Shown: positions 56,823 through 64,000 of the stretch, piece by piece
Layout of the letters: every line of letters begins with the position of its first letter
Numbering within the stretch: position 1 is the first letter of the stretch
Assembly (NCBI GenBank): GCA_012518795.1
Contig: JAAYRL010000019.1
Location: 6,719-70,718 of the forward strand
Length of the DNA: 64,000 bases
DNA from: Clostridiaceae bacterium
GTDB taxonomy: Bacteria; Bacillota; Clostridia; Saccharofermentanales; DTU023
Direction: 5' to 3'
Made by a program: the position numbers and the translations under genes
The notes under the pieces: generated by a model
The model's input: only the letters and a program-made list of their open reading frames with translations
What the model was told of the DNA's origin: nothing
The model's database searches: none

Positions 56823-56987
56823 CAATACACCTCCCAGCAGATTAATTGTATTCGGATACATACATATTTATTTTGTCTTTTATTCGTATAATACAACATC
56901 AAACTAAGATAAACTTATGAAAAAATACATAGCTTTGCAAACCGAATTTATCTAAAGAAATAATTTACGAGTACCTAGATCAAAAAA

Positions 56988-57536
56988 TCAAACCATCGGA
57001 GGAATAAATAAATTCAAAAATACCCAAACTGACAAATTAAAAGTGTCAACCAAAGCATGGGCAATGATACAGTGCCGCAGGCTGCCTGATTTAAGAAAGG
57101 ACAAAGACCACAGCGTCCCCATAATAAGAAGAGGCATCAACATCATGCTACTTCGAATAGTAACGGAAAATACACCCCACATTAAAAAGTGACTGAGAGT
57201 AAACATCAAGGTGGAATAAGCGATATTAGCAGTTTTTCCCCAAGGCAGTCGAGGCAGCAACCACGCACTCCAGAACAATTCTTCCATCACTGGATTGACA
57301 AGGATAAAAACGATGGATAGTACTGTGAGCAGCGGGGTTATAGTGATTACTTTCAAGCCCATGACAAAAGCCACCAAAGTGAACATCGCCGGGATATACG
57401 CTATTAATTGCCAAGCTAAACTACCATTGGGTTTTTTCATTATTTTGAAAAAGCTTGCCTTGTCCGGTTTAACCACATAAATGATTGAAAACCAATATAC
57501 CAGCGCAAGGGGAATAAAGGCCCAAGCACCAATCAA
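56988..57536 (-). CDS. CPBP (CAAX) family intramembrane metalloprotease, possibly 5'-truncated
   Basis: It has the motifs EELFW, FTLSH and HALVD. The only start is a TTG with no RBS, directly abutting the pncA stop region. Confidence 0.6.
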   Translation of the reverse strand: MIGAWAFIPLALVYWFSIIYVVKPDKASFFKIMKKPNGSLAWQLIAYIPAMFTLVAFVMGLKVITITPLLTVLSIVFILVNPVMEELFWSAWLLPRLPWGKTANIAYSTLMFTLSHFLMWGVFSVTIRSSMMLMPLLIMGTLWSLSFLKSGSLRHCIIAHALVDTFNLSVWVFLNLFIPPMV

Positions 57537-57578
57537 GATGTATTAAGGGAATTATAGATTTTAGTTTATGTAGCTCTA

Positions 57579-58139
57579 CTAAATAATTGAGCCACCCTTA
57601 TCGGCTACTTCTTCAAGTGCATCTGAACCGGGAGTCACCGGTGTGGTCAAATCTTTGAAAACCCGCACTTGATAACCTAAATAGAGTCCATCCAGAGCAG
57701 TGGCTTTCACACAATGGTCTTCCGCAATACCGAGAATATCAAGTTCATTAATTTCATTCGTTTTCAGGATTTCATCAAGTGATTTTCCGCTTTCTAAATC
57801 TACTCCTTGGAATCCACTATAATCGGGACGCCCCATACCTTTTACAATATGTATTTGAATAAAATCGGTATCCAAGTTCGAATGATATTCTGCACCGGGT
57901 GTCTCCTGGACACAATGTACCGGCCAAGTATCTACATAGTCCGGTGAATCGCTAATATGTCCACCATTACTGTTTTCCGGCTCATGCCAATCCCGGGTGG
58001 CGAGAATCAGATCATATTTTCTTGCATTTTCTTTTAAGAATTCTGTTGTTTTCTTAACTACTTCGGCACCGCCGTTAACAGCAAGACTGCCACCTTCACA
58101 AAAGTCTACTTGCTCATCTACAATAATTAAAGCTTTCAT
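57579..58139 (-). CDS. pncA: Nicotinamidase/pyrazinamidase (isochorismatase fold)
   Basis: It has LIIVDEQVDFC, HCV with the catalytic Cys, and WPVHC metal-site-like residues. Confidence 0.8.
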   Translation of the reverse strand: MKALIIVDEQVDFCEGGSLAVNGGAEVVKKTTEFLKENARKYDLILATRDWHEPENSNGGHISDSPDYVDTWPVHCVQETPGAEYHSNLDTDFIQIHIVKGMGRPDYSGFQGVDLESGKSLDEILKTNEINELDILGIAEDHCVKATALDGLYLGYQVRVFKDLTTPVTPGSDALEEVADKGGSII

Positions 58140-58495
58140 GAATCTTCCTCTTAGAATATTTTATTATTTATTTATTTCCTTTCAGAAACAGAATTGGTTC
58201 TCTTAGCAAAATATTATACTAAATCACCAGTTGATGTTCATAATATTATTATATTGGTTGATACATTTTGTACAAGATTTGATTATTATGACAGGCTTAT
58301 TTTTAACCTTAAACTAAAAAACAACCTGGACAACAAATAAATATAGCCGGCCTTGCAGAAGATCTTGGCGCATTGAAGGCATGCCCTCCGGAGCAAGTGG
58401 TTTTATAACATCCAATCAATAGTTGAAACATCTTAACATACAAAAAACATAAACCGGAATATAATCATCTGTTACCATATAAATGGAATCAAACG

Positions 58496-59143
58496 TTATT
58501 TTACCTTTTGTTTGTATTCCCGATAACCTGCAAGCTCATTTTCGAGAAATTCTTCTTCACCTTTAATTCTCTTAGCAATAATAAATGGGTAAAATAAAAA
58601 AATTAAAAATGAATATATTGAGCCCAAGATAAGTGGTATTGTTAAAAATAAAAGTACCGTTACACTGTACATTGGATGTCTGACAATACCATATAAACCA
58701 GTATCAATAACCTTTTGTTTTTCCTGCACTTCAATGGTACGGCTAAGATATGTATTTTCTCTAAGTATTTCCAGATAAAGGATATATGCCAGAAGAAATA
58801 CCACAACAGCACTGATGGTAATTCCTTTGGGTAAAATATACCAATCAAAGCGATATCCAAGCCCTGCGATGATAAATCCAGCTAAAAACATAACTCCACT
58901 AAGTTTCACTACTAAGTTTTGTTCTTTTTGCTCTTCTTTTGCATTTAGTCGTTTTTTTAACAATTCAGGATTTTTGAACATCATTATAAGTCCTGTAAGG
59001 AACATCGGTACAAATAAAACAGCCATAAACAACCAACCGTTCAGAAAGGAAAAGGTACCTGCCGGTAGGAATATTAATAAACCTACTAGAACAACACCTA
59101 ATATAAACTTTGTTATTGCTTGAAAGAATAAGTTAATATTCAT
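58496..59143 (-). CDS. Isoprenylcysteine carboxyl methyltransferase (ICMT/PEMT) family membrane protein
   Basis: It is polytopic. The segment GLYGIVRHPMY is the family signature. Confidence 0.75.
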   Translation of the reverse strand: MNINLFFQAITKFILGVVLVGLLIFLPAGTFSFLNGWLFMAVLFVPMFLTGLIMMFKNPELLKKRLNAKEEQKEQNLVVKLSGVMFLAGFIIAGLGYRFDWYILPKGITISAVVVFLLAYILYLEILRENTYLSRTIEVQEKQKVIDTGLYGIVRHPMYSVTVLLFLTIPLILGSIYSFLIFLFYPFIIAKRIKGEEEFLENELAGYREYKQKVK

Positions 59144-59412
59144 TAAAATTCCTTTAGTTTGAAATTCATCTGCATTTGTTAATTCAAATTGATTTCTTCA
59201 AATATTTCTTTGCTGAGATAAATTCAAAGAAAGCAAAGAAGGGGCTGGCTCAGAATTTTGGGCTGTGCAAATTCTCATTTGTACAACGCCGAATAGTGAG
59301 CAGTTTTCATGGTTGAGCCACCGGTTTCTGAGGCATCCCTTCTTATACCTACGGACCAAATGGACAACACAAAAATATCCTCTCAAAATTGTTGAATATT
59401 GTTGAATAAAAT

Positions 59413-60540
59413 CTAATCGTAGCGCGAGGCTCTTCCGCCGTCACCTCGCCCTTCTTCCATCATTCCGAACGTCTCAACGAAAAAGGTTCGGAATCTAAGA
59501 TTGTATTTGTCCGCAATAATATCGAGTGCATCTTCAACAATATCCGCCATGACATGTGAATCGGCAACCGCACGCGCGTTAATGACAAGTGAAATTGCAC
59601 TGTAGGGCTGTGTCAATTTTTGGTCATATTCAACATCATAGTCGATGCCGATCAGGCTCGCTTTAACAAAATCGTTACCCTCACCTGCTGCGAATGCTTT
59701 CAAATGCGGAACGTTACTATCACTTACTTTCAGACCCTTGCGAACTTGATTGAAAAGGTCTGCAATAACTTCATTAAAATCAATATTTTTATCATTTCTT
59801 TCTTCAAAGAACACACGGCGATTATACCAGCTCAACAAATTTTCAGCGGCAATAAACGCATCTGAGCCGTAACCGATTTCGCGATGGACGGCTGCAGCTT
59901 TGTGGGTCAGCAGGTATTCAACAACTTCCTCAACGCCTTCACCTGTAAGAGCGGACATCGTAAAGACCGGCGTATCCGGGAAAGAAGCTTTGATAAACTC
60001 AACACGTTTTTCTTTTTCCTCCGCACTGATCAAATCTACTTTATTTAACACAATGATATCGGCTTCAGCCATTTGTGCTTCAAGTAAGAAACGCATCTCC
60101 GCCGGCAGATTGATTTGTTCCGCTTCAGGCATCAGCATGCGCATACGTTCGGGGTCGACAATACAGGTGAAAGGCATCAAGTCAAACTCTCCGGGCCTTC
60201 GCTCTTTAAGCTGAATATAAACGTGTTCAAGCGCCCCGATGCCGCATCCGGGAATATCGGACATGATAACCGTAGCACCTTGATCAACCAATTGATTGAG
60301 CTTATCAACAAGATTTTCATGCTGATAACAAATACAGTCGCCTGCAATCTGTGTTGTCAATATATCAGTCGTTGCTGTAAAGCTGGCATCAACAATATTA
60401 TCTGCACCGAGGTCATTGACGAGAATGGCCGCTTTTCCATAACGTTTGTCTATTATATTTCCGAATGCAATCATTGAAGTCGTTTTTCCTGCTCCCAAGA
60501 ACCCGCTTGTTACCATATACTTTGCTTTTGCTTGTGACAT
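59413..60540 (-). CDS. G3E-family (CobW/HypB/UreG-like) P-loop GTPase with an uncharacterised C-terminal domain of about 180 aa
   Basis: It has the Walker A GFLGAGKTT, a DIPGCG segment, the guanine-specificity motif NKVD and a GDCICY remnant of the CxCC metal motif. The start was moved to the ATG at 60540, which has a GGAGG RBS at 7 nt. Confidence 0.75.
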   Translation of the reverse strand: MSQAKAKYMVTSGFLGAGKTTSMIAFGNIIDKRYGKAAILVNDLGADNIVDASFTATTDILTTQIAGDCICYQHENLVDKLNQLVDQGATVIMSDIPGCGIGALEHVYIQLKERRPGEFDLMPFTCIVDPERMRMLMPEAEQINLPAEMRFLLEAQMAEADIIVLNKVDLISAEEKEKRVEFIKASFPDTPVFTMSALTGEGVEEVVEYLLTHKAAAVHREIGYGSDAFIAAENLLSWYNRRVFFEERNDKNIDFNEVIADLFNQVRKGLKVSDSNVPHLKAFAAGEGNDFVKASLIGIDYDVEYDQKLTQPYSAISLVINARAVADSHVMADIVEDALDIIADKYNLRFRTFFVETFGMMEEGRGDGGRASRYD

Positions 60541-60722
60541 ATTAATTCCTCCGTTTATCAATTAATTATTTCCTCTGTTTTTATCTCCTGTTTTTATCCT
60601 CAGTTGTTATCCTCTGCTGATATCTTCTTTTATGTTATCATGTAAGACTTTTCCCCCGTTAGATATCTTCTTCAAAAACTATAAGCATATCGTTTTCATG
60701 GATTCGATATCTTTTTCCCAAG

Positions 60723-62060
60723 CTATCGGTAAAGGGTTTTTCCGGTATCTGAACTCAAGTTATAACTGCAAAATGGAATGAGTTTGCCTTCCGAAGAAAC
60801 TACTTGAATATAGCAACGGCGAAGTCTGTTCAGATCCATCGTATACGCATCCTGAAAGGCCATGCCGGAAATCGCAAGGGTTGTATTCTGCCGCTCCATT
60901 AAAAATTTGTCCAAGTATGAGACATCGATAGAACTTGTTTTTTCTGAAGGAACAATCTCTTCGGGAATCGTCCATTTACTCGCAACGACCATTCTGGCTT
61001 GATCACTTGATATACCGCAACTGCACCCTTCGTCACTACTGAGAAGTGTCCATTTGCCATCTTTCACAATATAATTCGCATGAAATCCGCAGAGCGGATG
61101 TTCGGCATTGGAAGGCAAAAAGTCAGTCTTTTTCAGTTTTCTGTCTGTCTGCTGTTCAATTATATTAAACAACTCGGGGAATGTGATTCGTGCATCTTCT
61201 CCTGCAGAATATCTGCCAAAAAGAGAAATCGGTTGGAAGTGAACTCCGCGCACAACAGGCATGTTGTCAGCAGCAAAGCTCAGTATAGCTCCAAGTTGAT
61301 CATCATTTGCACCCTTCATTACTGTCGGTACAAGAACAACCCCGATATGAGCTTCCCTGCAACGTTGCACTGCACGGAACTTGTCTTCAATGACAGAGCG
61401 TCCTCGCAGCGCAAAGTTTGCTTTATCGGAAAAGCCGTCGAATTGCAAAAACACAGTTGAAAGTCCTGCTTCTTTAAGTTCTTCTATATATCCAATCTCA
61501 TTAGCTATGCGCAAACCGTTCGTATTAAGTTGAAAAAATGAAAATCCCTTTTCTTTTCCTAAACGGATGATTTCAGGGAGATCATTACGCATCGTCGGTT
61601 CGCCGCCGGAGAGCTGGATATTGAATGGGCCGCCATTATCCATCAGCATATCATACCAACCGGCAATCGTAGTAAGATCTGGATCTTCGACAGTGTGTTC
61701 ACCGCCGGAAGAAGCAAAGCAGATTGGACAGCCAAGATTACAGCGCTGTGTCACCTCAATTAATACACAACAAGTTTTCTGCAAGTGGTTTTCGCAGATA
61801 CCGCATCCGTATGGACAATCACTTTTGAAATCCGGTTCATCGACAACACGAGTCTTCCATTTAAGAAAGCCAAGCGGATTGTCCCACACAAAAACACAAA
61901 AATCACCATGATCGGGACAAATCTTTTCAAGAAAGACTCCATCTGTACCCGCCGTATAACGTGCGTCAATCCTTTTCAGGCATACAGGACAAACACTCTT
62001 CGTTTCAGACAAAAGAACACGGTTGCCCTTTCCGACTTCGCGACTTGGTGTAGTTTTCAT
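60723..62060 (-). CDS. Radical SAM enzyme with an N-terminal rubredoxin/zinc-ribbon-like module and an extra Cys cluster
   Basis: It has the CX3CX2C motif CNLGCPIC. The N-terminus has CPVC...CPDH followed by CPYGCGIC..H. C-terminal cysteines are present (CSC, FCSYN). Confidence 0.8.
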   Translation of the reverse strand: MKTTPSREVGKGNRVLLSETKSVCPVCLKRIDARYTAGTDGVFLEKICPDHGDFCVFVWDNPLGFLKWKTRVVDEPDFKSDCPYGCGICENHLQKTCCVLIEVTQRCNLGCPICFASSGGEHTVEDPDLTTIAGWYDMLMDNGGPFNIQLSGGEPTMRNDLPEIIRLGKEKGFSFFQLNTNGLRIANEIGYIEELKEAGLSTVFLQFDGFSDKANFALRGRSVIEDKFRAVQRCREAHIGVVLVPTVMKGANDDQLGAILSFAADNMPVVRGVHFQPISLFGRYSAGEDARITFPELFNIIEQQTDRKLKKTDFLPSNAEHPLCGFHANYIVKDGKWTLLSSDEGCSCGISSDQARMVVASKWTIPEEIVPSEKTSSIDVSYLDKFLMERQNTTLAISGMAFQDAYTMDLNRLRRCYIQVVSSEGKLIPFCSYNLSSDTGKTLYR

Positions 62061-62184
62061 CTAAAGTACCTCTTTCTTCTTTGATTTTAGCAGAAAGTAA
62101 CTCTGCGTTCTTTTCCTTTCCTCAAACTTACTTTGCATGTCTAAAATAGCTTGCCTTTATTCAGTTGACAAATACACCAGGTTT

Positions 62185-62445
62185 TCCGAGTTGGATTTGC
62201 ACACTTTCTAAGGTTATTCGAGAATTTAGGCAGTACAACCTTAAATTCTGTGCAAAACCTTTAGTAAAACCAGGTTTCCCGAGTTGGATATGCACACTTT
62301 CTAAGGTTATCCGACAAATTCATGGTACAACTTTAAATAGTGTGCATATATATTGAAAAAATTGGGTTTGCCAGGCTGCCCATGCACACTTTCTAAGCTG
62401 ATGCAGGATTTCCTCGGTCCAACCTTAAAAAGTGTGCATATATTA
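62185..62445. repeat. Three diverged copies of the same hairpin repeat family of about 92 bp seen at 14545-15175
   Basis: GCACAC anchors lie at 62199, 62292 and 62383. The arms TGCACACTTTCTAAG and CTTAAA.AGTGTGCA are conserved while the loops are diverged. They share the CGAGTTGGAT.TGCACAC lead-in. Confidence 0.85.
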
Positions 62446-62660
62446 TAATTTGAAATTAATTTTCAGTTTAAATTACAATTCTATCCATTGCTAAGAATTC
62501 TGACAGAAAAAATAAAAATAATCTATCCTTTTATTTTAATGTTATAAATTTTACTTTTTTATTGTTTCAGCCAATACACTAATTCAAAATCTAATCTTCA
62601 TCGCTACCAACATCTGCAAAGAGCGTCGGAACGAGTAGCCGCCGGAGCTCCCTTCTAGCG

Positions 62661-63491
62661 TTAGAACGAGTGGCCGCCGGAGCTCCCGCCGCCTCCGCCT
62701 CCTCCGCCTCCGCTGTCGCTTCCGCCGCCGGATGATGAATCGGAGTGGCGTTTCTTTTTTTGTGATATCATCTTCGAATTTACATTTTTGATAAAATCGG
62801 TTTTGTCCTTGTAACCACCTTTAATTACCTGATTCTTGTCAATCTTCTTAATCGAAACATTCCTCTTCCTGTTAAATAACACTCGCAAGAAGTTCAACAA
62901 GAGCCCGAGGCAAGCAGCCATGAGTACATTTGTCACATGTCTCATCGGTGTAGATATCTTTCCACCCTTCAGGAGTATGAGAACTTGGTTGAAAGCCTCG
63001 TTTGCACATTCAAAATACTTCTCGTTGCTAGCATATTTATAAATATTATCTGCAATCTCGTTTGATCTTGTGTTGTTTATCGTCTTTGCAAATTTACCGT
63101 CCGAGTAGAACTGAATCATTCTGTTGTCCATGTCGATCAGAAATAGTGTTCCCGACTGCTCGCCAAAAAGTGTGAAATATATGCTTTTTGCATATTTCTC
63201 CGCAGAATAATCATTTTCGAGGATGGTAATAAAAGCAGCATGCCCGTACTCTGTCACGGTTTTCATATTCTCAAGCAAGTGCTCCTTTTCACTTTCGCTG
63301 AGAAGCTCTGCAGAATCGTCGATTACGACCATATTGCCGTTATCGGCAGTATACTTTAGCATTGTCTCCCCAATTGTATCCCCAATTGTCTCTCCAATTG
63401 TCTCACCAGACGCGAAAGCGGGAATTGCGGAATTAAACATAAGCATAAATGCAAGCAAAATTATTGCTGCATATCTTATTTTATTTCCCAT
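62661..63491 (-). CDS. TPM-domain (YgcG-like) protein with signal peptide, TM helix and Gly/Ser-rich tail
   Basis: It has a signal peptide ending AFASG and GETI repeats. A TPM-like core (VVIDDSAELLSESEKEHL...) is followed by a TM helix. The C-terminus reads SSSGGGSDSGGGGGGGGGSSGG. Confidence 0.7.
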   Translation of the reverse strand: MGNKIRYAAIILLAFMLMFNSAIPAFASGETIGETIGDTIGETMLKYTADNGNMVVIDDSAELLSESEKEHLLENMKTVTEYGHAAFITILENDYSAEKYAKSIYFTLFGEQSGTLFLIDMDNRMIQFYSDGKFAKTINNTRSNEIADNIYKYASNEKYFECANEAFNQVLILLKGGKISTPMRHVTNVLMAACLGLLLNFLRVLFNRKRNVSIKKIDKNQVIKGGYKDKTDFIKNVNSKMISQKKKRHSDSSSGGGSDSGGGGGGGGGSSGGHSF

Positions 63492-63948
63492 GATCTGCGC
63501 CCTCCCTTCTGAAGAAGTCCGGCACCGGTCTGGTGGTCAGATAGTTCAAATAGTTTATCATTGAAACCATATTCGCCAGCATTCCAAGCAAACAGAGAAT
63601 AGCCATTCCGTAATACCAATAATCGTATACGGGATTTTTGATTCCTATTAACAGTCCTATTCCGAGTACAATTATTCCAATCAGCATCGGTATGAAAGCT
63701 GTCTTCTTTTCTATTTTTCTAGATCTGCTCGTCGTCTTTATGAAAAGTATAATCTGGATGAGCAACGCTATCGCATAGACTACCAAGTTAGTCATCTTCC
63801 TGCTTTTATCATAAATTACCATTAATACCAAAAACACGACCGTTGCAAATATTATGATTCCGAATAGCGTTCCCAATATGACTCTCATCCATTTGGGTAA
63901 TTTTGTTTTTTCCTTTTTCTGTGTCCGTTTTCCTTTCTTGATATTCAC
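63481..63948 (-). CDS. Hypothetical polytopic membrane protein (start uncertain)
   Basis: It has four hydrophobic helices and overlaps the TPM gene start by 11 nt. The frame stays open upstream of the GTG at 63948 to the window edge, so the true start may lie outside the window. Confidence 0.5.
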   Translation of the reverse strand: MNIKKGKRTQKKEKTKLPKWMRVILGTLFGIIIFATVVFLVLMVIYDKSRKMTNLVVYAIALLIQIILFIKTTSRSRKIEKKTAFIPMLIGIIVLGIGLLIGIKNPVYDYWYYGMAILCLLGMLANMVSMINYLNYLTTRPVPDFFRREGADHGK

Positions 63949-64000
63949 ATTTCCTATATCAAAAATATGATTCTCCCTGTAGTAGATATTAGAAATTTCG

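Noticed and set aside
59198-59386. A 62-aa ORF (minus strand) lies between the GTPase and ICMT genes.
   Set aside because: It has no RBS and a Cys/Arg-rich improbable sequence. The region shows nested base-pairing instead, so it is reported as a candidate structured element.

Overview
The window looks like a chromosomal segment of a low-GC Firmicute (Clostridia-like), with most genes on the minus strand. No rRNA, CRISPR array, cas gene, transposase or integrase was recognised.

**Gene content by region**
- 1-23 kb is very AT-rich core genome. It holds a clostridial ferredoxin, hisE, alr with a racemase-fold paralog, and a DUF4349 lipoprotein. It also holds a complete Enterococcus-hirae-type V-ATPase operon (G/H-I-K-E-C-F-A-B-D), the class III stress operon ctsR-mcsA-mcsB-clpC, NADP-IDH and a beta-carbonic anhydrase.
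- 23.2-28.2 kb holds tRNA-Gly and tRNA-Cys followed by a decayed accessory island. The island is marked by direct repeats and carries one intact DUF4143 AAA ATPase plus truncated ATPase and Fic genes. No integrase is visible.
- 28-51 kb holds an S51 peptidase, a CtsR-boxed hsp20, and a liv-type branched-chain amino-acid ABC transporter. Membrane-anchored XRE and LuxR regulators follow, then PPi-PFK, a purine permease, tRNA-Lys, NfnAB, putP and nfo.
- 51-64 kb holds a two-component system with VTC-DUF4956-CotH, a CPBP protease, pncA and an ICMT-family methyltransferase. It also holds a G3E GTPase paired with a cysteine-rich radical SAM enzyme, and a TPM-domain pair.

**Most unusual signals**
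1. A 92-bp long-hairpin repeat family is arrayed seven times upstream of the V-ATPase operon. It recurs as three decayed copies upstream of the radical SAM gene.
2. Short tandem arrays (21-80 bp) are pervasive at gene junctions. The gene-proximal unit is often the 3' end of the coding sequence itself, stop codon included. In-frame coding tandem repeats occur alongside them.
3. The GTPase and radical SAM pair is uncharacterised.
4. A 114-bp CPBP gene fragment at 34.8 kb is homologous, in inverted orientation, to the 3' end of the CPBP gene at 57 kb.

All calls come from reading the sequence and the supplied ORF translations. No database search was run.
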